A DNA stretch of 64,000 nt from the NCBI GenBank assembly GCA_051530055.1, contig CM121341.1, positions 10,890,784-10,954,783 of the forward strand, read 5' to 3'. Under the pieces are notes generated by a model, which searched no databases, had not been told where the DNA came from, and saw nothing but the letters and a program-made list of their open reading frames with translations. The translations under genes and the position numbers were made by a program. This document shows positions 1 to 10,985 of the stretch, piece by piece. The DNA comes from Neoechinorhynchus agilis. Lineage: Eukaryota; Animalia; Acanthocephala. The first letter of the stretch is position 1, and every line of letters starts with the position of its first letter.

Positions 1-84
1 ACAAATTGACCTAACAAGGTCCCCACTTCGTTCCATCCATATGCGAGCCGTAAAGGCGAACTATCGGTCGAGGGAGGCATAGTC

Positions 85-1410
85 ATGATGTCAAGTCGAA
101 TCATCGTTCCTAGTGAATTGCGGAACTCAGTATCATCAGTGTTACACCAAGGTCACCCGGAAATCGTGGCGATGAAAAACCTAGAGCAATACTATGTGTG
201 GTGGCCCAAACTAGATGTGGATATTGAAAGCTGCGTTAATCGGTGTGAGAAATGTCAGATGAAGAGGGCACAGGAACCCCCACACCCTCTTGGAGAATGC
301 AATATTCCGTCCGAAAAATAGGAACGCGTCCATATCGATTTCGCAGGGCCATGCGACTGAATTTCATATCTTATTCTGGTGGACGTAACAACGAAATGGC
401 TTGAAATCATAGAGATCGACAACAGCAGCAATGGTAATACAAACATTGAGGGAGATATTCGCACGTATGGGAGTTCCCGGAGAAATTATTAGTGATAATG
501 GGCCACCATTCACTTCGAGAGTTCCAGAAATTCATGCAAGATAATGGAATTCAAATTTCACGAGTCACATCTTATCATCCTAAATCTAATGGGCTAGCAG
601 AACGGATGGTACGAACCTTCAAAGAGAGAGTCATCAACGGATATGGAACGACGGACCGACATCATTGACTACAGGATTTTCTATTGAGTTACCGCATCCT
701 CGCCAGCTGAGCAAAGATATGCCCGGATTGCACGGGAGGCGTTAGCGTTGGTCTATGGTGTTACAGATTTTAATTTCTATTTAATGGGTCGCGCTTTCAA
801 GTTGATCAGTGACCACAAGCCGTTGCAATATATTTTTGGAGAAAAACGGAATTTGCAGAAGACGACAAACCACCGGGGCTGGATAGAGAAATCCAAGATC
901 ATGTGGACTGCTGCGCAGAATGTCAGAGACAACAGTCGAATGCTCGGGAGCAACCATTATTTCCATGACATATCCCCGCTGGACCATGGAAAAAAATTCA
1001 TTTAGATTTCGCCGGTCCTAGTAATGGAATGTTTTTTCTTGTAGCAGTGGATGCATTTCTAGGTGGCCAGAGGTGCGGTTGAAACCAAGTTTTACAACAC
1101 AGATGACCATCAAGTGCTCGAGAGAAGCATTTGCAAGATTTTGAATCCCGGAACGAATCGTGTCCGATAACGGACCTCAATTCGTCTCGAAGGAATTCCG
1201 AACATTTTGTGACGAAAACGGAATTAAACATTGTAGGAGTTCCATAAATCACCCAAAGACGGCCACAACATCTTAACCTGCACAACTTTCTAATGTGTTA
1301 CAGGAATACTCCGCATACTATAACTCAGAAGTGCCCTGCTGAAATGATGTTTGGGAGACGCGTAGCGTCCTTAAAGGATAATTTAAAACCGACTGCTTTC
1401 AAGACATCTA
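85..1410 (+). mobile_element. Decayed Ty3/Gypsy pol fragments (integrase, RNase H, integrase core)
   Basis: LHQGHPEIVAMK..YVWWPKLD..V.RCEKCQ integrase Zn-binding region, IISDNGPP-type core, and LISDHKPLQYIF RNase H C-terminus; many stops and frameshifts. Confidence 0.85.
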
Positions 1411-1414
1411 ACAG

Positions 1415-2484
1415 GCTAGTTAGAAATATCGTAGACTACTGGGATTTGGAATTAACTTTATTTCTCGTGAAAAATACTGAAGCCAATCCCATGCACATAT
1501 CTTTTGCTTTTTTAATTAAAACAGCGCTTTAGAAAGGCCAACTAATTCTTTGGGTTCACTCGAATACGGACGTTTGCTGATAAATACCGTAATTTGCCGG
1601 AAAGCAAATCGAGTTGTTTACAAAACATTTCAATGTTACGCTCTAATTATTTGTTTATGTTCCGCCTATTTCCCCGGTTGATGGGTTCTTAGACTCACAA
1701 TCTCTCGCCGATGCATTTTCGTAATCCTTATTTGGTGCTATATCCGCCTTCAATGACAAACGTTACGATGCCGGAGGTCCATACTCATCCGAGACCATAC
1801 TTCCATCCTTGTGATCAACAATATTCATTTCAAGCGATGCCACAATTTAATTACAAAATCCAAGCGAATCAACAAAACAATTTTGCGCCAAGAGTCTTCA
1901 ATGGATTCGTGAATTCCAGTCTGATTGGACTTTGTTTGCAGTTTTATAAGGGTATATTCGTCGATCTTTTGAAAAATGAGGAACTTTGCATGCATTATCT
2001 CCTTGAAGTTGCTCACAATTCTAGAATACTCGGTACGGCGGAAGGTAATAAAAATGCCGATATTATTACAAAATATGTTAACGAGTACTGCGATCGGAGC
2101 GCAAATCGCTGTAATGAAAATAATGACGAGAATCCAAGATGAAAAAACCACCACAGTAGAAGACGCAATAGACAAGGACTTTCGACCGAGAGTGGAGATT
2201 GAACGAAATACAGTAATCGATGGGCGTGGTAGTTTCATAATTTTTTCTAAAATAAAGCATAGTCGCAATTTGAGTTTGTATGGTGGTACCATGTTGAAAG
2301 ATTTATTTCGCGGACGACTCTCGGATCCTCGAATCAAGTAAGCATTGCACATGAGTATCTCGGTTCATCAAGTAAGATAAAAATTGAAATCGGTAAGCGT
2401 TAACTAGGAAAAATGACACATACAGAAATCAAAGGTTAATATATCATCCGCCAATTTCTTGTTCATGACTGTTGTGCCGATGAC
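1415..2484 (+). repeat. Dispersed repeat R, copy 1 (orphan ORF 1711-2142 ends at a premature TGA)
   Basis: Near-identical to the reverse complements of 9656-10985 and 30874-31999. Confidence 0.9.
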
Positions 2485-3250
2485 AGGTATGCACTGAGGA
2501 AAATGATGCGAACTCAGCGAAGATCGGTATAATAATTGAATTTCTAGTCTCCTGGGTATCTCCTGATTTCCAAATTTCTACGACGATTTGATATAGGTTG
2601 CTTTGGACCTTGTCTCCTCCATACTTGAAAACTTCGGCAGGGATATTGTCTGGGCCAGGAGATTTATCGTCCTTCAGCTGAGCGATAGCACGTTTCAGTT
2701 CATGAAGAGTTTCCAGGTGCGGTTTTGCCGCCAGTTGAGGTACAGCATTGAGCGCATCTTGAGATGCTGTTGATGGTACATTGAGGAGATCGGAAAAGTA
2801 TGTTCTCCAACATTGACGTATATCTTCTTCAGTGGTCGCTGTGGAGCCGTCGATGCCTTTTAATGGGGCGGACTTCTGTGGAGTAGGACCGTAAACCACG
2901 CGGACGCCTGAGAAAAAGTCCCTCATGTGATGTCTGCATGTTGTTGGAGTTCTCTGGATTTGCCTTTACGCGAGTGCTTTCGCTTTTCGGAACTCCATTT
3001 GTTTGATGGTTGAGCGGCGATCGTTTTCTAAGGCCGTTTTCGTTTTCTTCTCCGATCTATGAAACGTTTAATTTCTGCGTCATTCTCATCGAACCAATCC
3101 GGCTATTTTCGCCTTATGCTGAGATGGCCGTAAGGTGGGTAAGTGGTACTGATGAACCGGAAGATTGAAGTGGTGTGTTCACGAACATTAGTCTCTCGTT
3201 GCTGCCGATCGGACACAACAATACTCGTCCACCATTTTCGTCTACTCCAT
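2485..3250 (-). mobile_element. RTE-clade non-LTR retrotransposon fragment (linker and RT N-terminus)
   Basis: DWFDENDAEI, then FFSGVRVVYGP...W..YFSDLLN...KSPGPDNIPAEVFKYGG...IIIPIF. Confidence 0.8.
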
Positions 3251-4853
3251 GTTCCCTTGTCTAATACCGTTCCCTGTGTTACCCCCACTCCTGATTCAAT
3301 AAATTGCTGATCTCTGAGCCTCGACATCAGGAAGGAAGTAACCAAATTGACATAACAAAAGAATTATTCCCCGCGGGATAATTTGGCATACTCAGAAGCC
3401 TTTTTAGACACGACTCCCCTCCCTGTAGCAGCCCAATAACAAAAAATATTGGGGGAGTACGTGTATGATTACGGATAAAATAAGTACATCTTATAAAATA
3501 ACAAAAGGACTAAGTAACAAATGGCTCTCACAATATAAATTCAGAGTCCGTTCTCCTTTTTCCAAGAATCTACTTTCTCCCTGTCTCGTCTTTTCAGCCG
3601 CCTCACAATCTCGTTGAACGTATGTTCATCATTTATAGAACATCTTTTCCAGTTCTCGTGTGGGTAATTCCAAATCTTTGTTATAAAAATACGCAATAAA
3701 AACGATTCCACCAATTCTCTTATTGAAATTTCCAAATTTTTCAAAACTTTCCATACTCGTTTGATAAGCCAGACGCCAAAATCAATCCGCACCTCGGGCG
3801 GCCTTCCTCTCCCAAAAAAACAGAATGAGCCAGCCAGAGTCGTCTTCATAATTTCCACAGGATGACATATCATCACAGCCAACAACCTGATCCTCCTCGC
3901 AATTGCTGCAACTTTGAGAAATGTAGATCCGAGAGCCGAGTTCAAGACAACTCTTCTTCTAGTAGAAGGAAAGTTTATCCCAAGCACTTTAGAACATCTT
4001 GAAACCTTCATCATTTGAGTGCGCGGATCCTCTAAAAATTTAGCATATGACTGCTTATGAGCCACATTGGAATCAGTCAAAGGGACAAGCGTTGTTTTTC
4101 TTCTATTAGTGCTTAAATTCGCATCCTCTAAGCACTTGTCAAGTTTATATAGTACCGAATTCACTATGCGACATAAAACTTCCTTCTTCTTATGAAAAAT
4201 AAAAAAGAAAATATCATCTGCGTAGAATAAAATTCTCACTCTGGATAACTTCTTCAATTTCCTAATAATACCAATCATGCCAATTAAAAATAATGTCGGG
4301 ACGACGGTGAACCCTGCGGAACTCCTAACTTAGAATAAAAAAGACTTTTCAACGGATCAACCTCTAAAAAATATGCCTTTGATTCCATTAAAAACTGAAT
4401 ACGACCAAGAAGCTTCTTGGGGAGCTTCAAGCCTAAAAAAGTCTTATATATAAAATTCCTGCTAATAGTGCAGAACGCCTTATTAACATCAACCTGTAAT
4501 AAAACCTTATAAACCTTAAGCACCGATTTCTGTAAAATACATTACTCATTAATTAGTGTTCCCACTCCCTTTCCCGGTACAAAACCATAAAAACTTTCGG
4601 AATAAGATCCCTTCTACTGAGAATCCCCATTAATTCATCGTTTAATACTTTCTCCACAAGAAAAATGATGGGGTTTTGAATCGATATAAACCTAATATCA
4701 CTCGGAGATTTAATCTTTCCTTTAACTTTAGGTATTTTAAGTTTAATTTAATGATGATAACAATACCGGCTTGCCAGTAAAACTTAAAATAGAACACAGC
4801 GCTCACCCTGAGTCGATAAACTGGCTGAGTTTGACATTTCGTAGTTGTGTCGA

Positions 4854-4920
4854 GGTGGTCAAGTGGACTAATGCCCGTGATCCCGATTAGGCGTCAAGTG
4901 GTTCGAATCCGTTACCACCA
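4854..4920 (+). ncRNA. tRNA-like domain with Pol III A/B-box-like motifs
   Basis: TGGTCAAGTGG (4856-4866), GGTTCGAATCC (4900-4910), full T-arm, GGTGGT/ACCACC acceptor-like stem; no clear D-arm, so not a canonical tRNA. Confidence 0.5.
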
Positions 4921-4936
4921 ATGACGCACAGCCAAA

Positions 4937-5001
4937 GGGGACGAAATACCGCTGAATGGAGGAAACTCACTGATGAGTCCCGCCTCCTGCAGGTATCTGA
5001 G
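4937..5001 (+). ncRNA. Hammerhead ribozyme, non-circularly permuted strand order
   Basis: GGGAC-GAAA-TACC ... CTCA-CTGATGA-GTCCC ... GGTA-TC-TGAG; all three stems pair; predicted cut after C4997. Confidence 0.8.
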
Positions 5002-5619
5002 GATCCAGAGGAATGTACAAACTCTTAACCGCGCATTAGAGACTATGTGGTTATATCACTTTTCTGATGTAATTGGTTTGGCTTTATGCCTAAAAAATAA
5101 GCCGGACAAGAAAGGGATAGACTAAAATTTAAAGATTTAACTTTAGGTATGATGAACTTCCTCACTATATTAAGCTTGCATAAGTCCTCAAAAGTTACAC
5201 GATTAGGCATACGCTTCAATATCTCGATCTTTACATCTTTACCAACTAAATCGAAAATCTTCGGTGATACCGACAAGTCGTTTACTCCAGAAATTCTAGA
5301 AAAGGCTCTAGTCTCACTTATTATCAGTTTACCTCTCCTAATACTTTCAATAAATATTTCTTTGTAAAAACGAATCATTCACCGACCCCACAAACCTTCA
5401 TTACCCCCTGCCTCTGCAATTCTTGCATTACGATAAAATGAACGCGCCGTTTTCGACGGTCTGTGCCGCCTTATGTGCGAAAAATTACTAAATTCCTCGA
5501 AGTTGCTACAGATATCATCTTATTTAAATTTTCCAATTTTACAGTCGAAAATTTGCAGATATCAGCCCGCAAGCAATTGTTAAAATTAACTAACCTGATC
5601 GAAACATTCCAAACGACTC

Positions 5620-6317
5620 TTGATTTAAGATCCATAATTCCCTACTCAAATATAATCAAATCGAGTCCCATCCTAAGTTGTTCAAGAAACTGCCCCAACA
5701 CTCTCACCTGAATATTTAACTCTTTTTTTACATATAACGTCCAAAAAAGAATTTACAGATTTTGTAAAATTATGAAGCAATGGGAAAGGAGTGAGGTGAA
5801 AAATGTATTCTTCGTCCCAATGTGAGAAACCACTCAACCCGTTGGAGTTTAAGTCACCCACAATAATGTCTGGATCCCATGTCTTAAACAACTCCTCTCT
5901 GTTATTCTTAGACCATGTAAGTCTTCTTGGCACAACATATAAATTAGCCATAATCCATCTACCACTAAGACGATATGAATCACCCATACCCTTGATCGCT
6001 ATTAATTGGACCGCAAAATACTCGTGCTTTACCTGAAATAAAAGCTCAGGTCTAAATCTCTTATGAACATAAGACTGTAGTCCACCTGAAAAACCAATAT
6101 TATTATGGATTACTCCACCTCCACTGGGCATTAATGTAAATGATATCATATCGCCTCTAATAACAAGATTCATACTTCCCCTTTCTTGAAAGCAAATAAC
6201 GTCCGCATCATCTAGTCGACCCGCTAAACAAATATTCTCTGACAAAACCAAGGCTATGGATACATTATAAGAAATTGAAATAAAATTATTCGTCATACAA
6301 GTAAGTAAATTAAACAT
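5620..6317 (-). pseudogene. APE-type (EEP) endonuclease of copy A
   Basis: VICFQE, ANLY, IIVGDLNS, SFLD motifs. Confidence 0.75.
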
Positions 6318-6341
6318 TAAAAATTAACCATTTTAAAATAT

Positions 6342-7307
6342 TTAGCGACAACGACTTTTATGCCGACCATTAACATGCCTACCCATCTTTCTAATCGGGC
6401 CATGCGATGACAACCCATCCTCCTTATTATCAGGTTCATCCTCTTTTTCACCTGATGCACACCTCTTACCCATCATCAATTTCTCCTGAACCTGTTTAAT
6501 TACCTCATCCACCTGCTTACTATTTTCCGTCTTCTTGACCAAAGCAACCATATTTAATAAATCACAAATTATTTTATCCTTCTCCTCGAGTTTTTTATTT
6601 AAATTATCCACCCTCTCTTTAAGTACTTCTAACTCCTCCTTAACCTCATCTTCTACCTGAAAACTATTTCTCCTAACCTTATCCTCTCCTTGAGGACCAT
6701 TTTCCCCCATATTACTACCATCCACCTTTTCCACCTTCCGTTTAAACCAACTATTATAATCACCTGGCTTCGCCATTTTCCAGTAACTAACCGTTGCCGT
6801 ACATGTACGCCTATATGCCTCATGATTTCCTAAACAACTTGCACATTTAACTGAACCCAAAGTACTGCAATTAATTGTGTTGTGAGGGCCACCACATCTC
6901 ATACATTTAGCCTGACTGGCACATTGGAAACTTGTATGCCCCCATTTGCAGCAATTTGTGCATTGAGTTAAAACGTAATCATAAATCGACTCCGACTGGC
7001 GGGATACGAAATTAATCCAATATGCCATAGAACCAAAATATCTTTCCTGGACCTTGTCTACCTCATCCTGCGAGCCCGATACAAGTAAGGAATAAGGCTC
7101 CGAAGAAGGACTCCTTTTCAAATATTTAATTGGCACAATACCAAAAGTGTTTTGGAATAATATAAACTCATCTTTCGACATATTCGGCGGAGGGTTTAGC
7201 ACTAAAACTGACACTTTCCTTGATATATTTTTATACCTAATATTTTTACTACGAAGAAGCTCCTCAAATAGTTTCATTCCTTCAACTTCCAAGAAAATCA
7301 TTAGCAC
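6342..7307 (-). CDS. Gag-like ORF1 with three Zn knuckles (copy A)
   Basis: CTNCCKWGHTSFQC..KCMRCGGPHNTINC..KCASCLGNHEAYRRTC followed by a coiled coil. Confidence 0.8.
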   Translation of the reverse strand: MLMIFLEVEGMKLFEELLRSKNIRYKNISRKVSVLVLNPPPNMSKDEFILFQNTFGIVPIKYLKRSPSSEPYSLLVSGSQDEVDKVQERYFGSMAYWINFVSRQSESIYDYVLTQCTNCCKWGHTSFQCASQAKCMRCGGPHNTINCSTLGSVKCASCLGNHEAYRRTCTATVSYWKMAKPGDYNSWFKRKVEKVDGSNMGENGPQGEDKVRRNSFQVEDEVKEELEVLKERVDNLNKKLEEKDKIICDLLNMVALVKKTENSKQVDEVIKQVQEKLMMGKRCASGEKEDEPDNKEDGLSSHGPIRKMGRHVNGRHKSRCR

Positions 7308-7819
7308 CGCCCACTTGGTCCTAAAACATTTTTTAATCGGATATCATCTGTCACCACTAAAGTTATTAGGTTTTAAACCTTTCGAAAAGTATATCTTCGT
7401 TAAATCACTTGCCCTTAAATCTCCTAAATCCTCTTTATTAATTTTTAACACAAAATCATCTCTCCTTCTCGGCAACCGAAAAACACCTCTAAACACTGAA
7501 TCAGAACATTCACCGTGATGGGGGATCGACAGCCCACTACTCTCCAAAACAACCTCCTTCATGACGCTATCCTTCAACATAACCTCCAAATCACCTTCCC
7601 CATCGCTAACCTTATAATCCACATCCATCTTTCCCCCTCCATAGTCATCCGGAGGTCATGGATCAATGGAATCTTGATTATTTTGATCATTTTGATCATT
7701 GTTCGGAGCACAACTTTTTTGACAAAAAAATTACGCGAAATATATGAGGCTGATGGTTGATTCGATTTACCATCGTACCGAATACGAACGGAAGCGTCGC
7801 AACGCACGTGAGTAATATT

Positions 7820-7846
7820 TTATTATTATTATTATTATTATTATTA
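7820..7846. repeat. (TTA)n microsatellite
   Basis: About 9 perfect TTA units. Confidence 0.9.
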
Positions 7847-7858
7847 ATACAGGCATAC

Positions 7859-8238
7859 TGTTAGTTTATGAGTTATTTTCTTTATATTGAGTTGATTCTA
7901 ATAATCAATGTAAAAAGAAATATTTTGAAATCATTGGAAACGTCGTTTCCGATTAATGGTCTGCATTGCGGGTGAATCTTCTCTCCACAAAAACGACAGC
8001 TATTGCGTGAGTAGTGCAACACCGACAGTGTTTCGTGCCCTGGATCAGAGAAGTGAGACTCGATCTCCTTTTCAGTTTTTGCCACTGCTACCGGGGTCTC
8101 GGATGATATCGGAGTCTCCATTTACTGATAACGTTTTTATTGCCGAAAACCAAAAACCAACTCGGCTACGCGTATCACGCACACCAATGGACACTCACAC
8201 GCACCACACACGCACGTCACCGATCGATTACTACCATC
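7859..8238 (-). repeat. Probable 3' LTR of a Gypsy element
   Basis: On the minus strand a polypurine tract GAGAAAGGGAGAAA is followed by TGTGATGG; AATAAA lies near an AACA end. Confidence 0.6.
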
Positions 8239-9295
8239 ACATTTCTCCCTTTCTCAAGTACGAATCGTATGGTAGAACAGGTCGACGCCTGGTCCATGTA
8301 CTTCGACGTGGTGGGACCGATTCATCTTCAATGTGTTCCACTGGACTGTCTGGTAGTGTGACTTCTGATTCGAATCCAGGTCTATGTGTGTCACTTTTTC
8401 GTTCTCCTCTGCCGAACTGGATTCCTTTTCTCTTATGAAATCCGTATTGCACCGTCGCTCCCGGCCATTATCGTCCTGCACGCCATACGACACTGGACCG
8501 TTTATCGCGACTAATTTTCCCGACCCCCACGGGCTTGCTTTATCCTTTTTGAACTGAATCGGTTGGTCCTCGTCGAACGTGCTCATCTTCTTTTCTGATC
8601 CCTTCCGATCACGCGCTGCTGCCAATCGTGGCTCTACCCTTGATTCGGTGTTGGGCTTGATGTTATCGAAGATAGTGTTCAATCTTCGACCAAGCATCAT
8701 TGTGGCAGGTGCTATTCCGGTTGTAGCATGAGGCGTATTCCGGCAAGCCATCAGGAAAGCATTTATACTCTCCTTCGACATTCCTTCCCCCAATTTGCGC
8801 GTCCGTCGTTTCGATGTCGCTTGGCAAGGCCGTAAGTTCTAGGATGGTAGGGGCTCGCACGAATGTGTCTTATCTGACGCTCTTGACAAAACTTTCTGAA
8901 ATCTTCTGACACAAATTGGGGTCCATTGTCCGACACTATGGACCGAGGCACTCCGAATCTGCTAAAACAACTCCGTAGACATTTGATCACTCTTTTCGAC
9001 GTGCCGTTATTCCCCAATGTCCACACCTCCGACCATTTGGTGCAAGCGTCTACTAGCACAAGATATACTATACCGTTGACGGGGCTAGCGAGGTCCACGT
9101 GTACACGCTTCCATGGATTCGTTTTCCAATTCCGACTTAATAGTAGCGTTTCGGCCTTATTCGGTCGATTCGCTTGACACATCGAACATGTTCCTATCTT
9201 GCTTTTGATAGCATCCTCCATTTTCGGCCAATATTCATAATATCGACGAAGTGCTATCATCGCCTCCCGTCCAGGATGCCCGCTGTGCAATCTGT
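8239..9295 (-). mobile_element. Ty3/Gypsy integrase region, frameshifted
   Basis: HSGHPG..YWP..C..CQ, VHVDLA, IVSDNGPQF, PYHPRT, FLMACRNTPHATTG. Confidence 0.85.
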
Positions 9296-9655
9296 CGATG
9301 ACAGTTACTCTTAGGAGTCGTGATATGGTTACATGTAAAGCGAACGAAAACGCACCGAGCCGTCTGGAAGTTGTGTTGTTTAAACATACTAGAAGAATTG
9401 TTCAAATGAGAAGTATTAAATATGCATTGAGAGCAATTGATGCACTGAGTAAAAACGACAAACGAGTTTTAAAGCGAAAGCTTAAACTGTTTAGAACAAT
9501 AAGGAAATCAAAAAAGATCCGATATTATAAACGAGACAAAAAGTGATCGATTAGTCGTAAGTGTCATTAAAGTCGATATAGTTCTCTTAAAAACAACGAA
9601 AAGTGTTGCACTTTTTAACTTTGACGATGATAAATTAGCGAGCCCGATTCGCCTA

Positions 9656-10985
9656 GTCATCGGCACAACAGTCATGAACAAGAAATTGGCGGATGATATA
9701 TTAACCTTTGATTTTTGTATGTGTCATTTTTCCTAGTTAACGCTTACCGATTTCAATTTTTATCTTACTTGATGAGCCGAGATACTCATGTGCAATGCTT
9801 ACTTGATTCAAGGATCCGAGAGTCGTCCGCGAAATAAATGTTTCAACATGGTACCGCCATACATACTCAAATTGCGACTATGCTTTATTTTAGAAAAAAT
9901 TATGAAACTATCACGCCTATCGATTACTGTATTACGTTCAATTTCCACTCTCGGTCGACCGTCCTTTTCTATTGCGTCTTCTACTGTGGTGCTTTTTTCG
10001 TCTTGGTTTCTCGTCATTATTTTCATTAAAGCGATTTGCGCTCCGATCGCAGTAGTCGTTAACGTATTTTGTAATAATATCGGCATTTTTATTACCTTCC
10101 GCCGTACCGAGTATTCTAGAATTGTGAGCAGCTTCAAGGAGATAATGCATGCAAAGTTCCTCCTTTTTCAAAAGATCGACGAATATACCCTTATAAAACT
10201 GCAAACAAAGTCCAATGAGACTGGAATTCACGAACCCATTGAAGACTCTTGACGCAAAATTGTTTTGTTGATTCGCTTGGATTTTGTAATTAAATTGTGG
10301 CATCGCTTGAAATGAATATTGTTGATCACAAGGATGGAAGTATGAGCTCGGATGAATAAAGACCTCCGGCATCGTAACGTTTGTCATTGAAGGCGGATAT
10401 AGCACCAAACAAGGATTACAAAAGTGCATCGGCGAGGGATTGTGAGTCTAAGAACCCATCAACCGGGAAAATAGGCGGAACATAAACAAATAATTAGAGC
10501 GTAACATTGAATTGTTTTGTAAACAACTCGATTTGTTTTTCGGCAAATTACGGTATTTATCAGCAAATGTCCGTATTCGAGTGAACCCAAAGAATTAATT
10601 GGCCTTTCTAAAGCGCTGTTTTAATTAAAAAAGCAAAAGATATTTGCAGGGGATTGGCTTCAGTATTTTTCACGAGAAATAAAGTTAATTCCAAATCCCA
10701 GTAGTTTACGAGATTTCTAACTAGCAAATTCTATTACCGATTTAAATCGGATTTCATCAAAACTTAAACTTTGGTCACTACGTTGCGTCCTAACGAATTG
10801 GATTTTAGACGTCTAACGTTGCTAATAAAATTTATAATTGCAATAGCTTGATTACTTAGTCACAAAAATTGACATTGAACTGAATCCTGCGAGATCACTC
10901 TGCACCTGTTACATCTTCTAGGAAGCTTTATTTTCGACTCAAATGTGGAAAAAGAGATTGCCAATCTTCAACTGCAAGTTTCGGT
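9656..10985 (-). repeat. Dispersed repeat R, copy 2 (longest; intact 163-aa ORF 9938-10429)
   Basis: High identity to copies 1 and 3; abuts a Gypsy RNase H sequence at 10986. Confidence 0.9.

Larger units (their letters stand above)
4736..5135 (+). mobile_element. Small non-autonomous insertion (retrozyme/SINE-like) with a 15-bp TSD
   Basis: TTTAACTTTAGGTAT at 4721-4735 and 5136-5150; removing the insert restores the host RT frame. Confidence 0.85.
3541..5378 (-). pseudogene. Non-LTR reverse transcriptase (subtype 1), interrupted by a 400-bp insertion and frameshifts
   Basis: IPKVK/GKIKSPSDIRFISIQNP (joined across the insertion), QVDVNKAF, LGVPQGSP, FYADDIF, GRGRPPE. Confidence 0.85.
3541..7630 (-). 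mobile_element. Compact non-LTR retrotransposon, subtype 1, copy A (gag-APE-RT), decayed
   Basis: Co-oriented Zn-knuckle ORF, APE-like ORF and RT pieces with GVPQGSP, YADD and GRGRPP. Confidence 0.85.

Noticed and set aside
1825-2352. Long antisense ORFs in repeat R (also 9788-10252, 30765-31328) and antisense ORFs over TEs and genes
   Set aside because: Best explained as shadows of the sense ORFs; their endpoints vary between copies
3140-3190. CTGATGA at ~3148 (also at ~16309, 26496, 34036, 48311)
   Set aside because: No stem II-GAAA follows; several lie in coding remnants and are expected by chance
4841-4921. Bona fide tRNA-Ser/Leu gene
   Set aside because: No D-arm or proper 7-nt anticodon loop; reported only as tRNA-like
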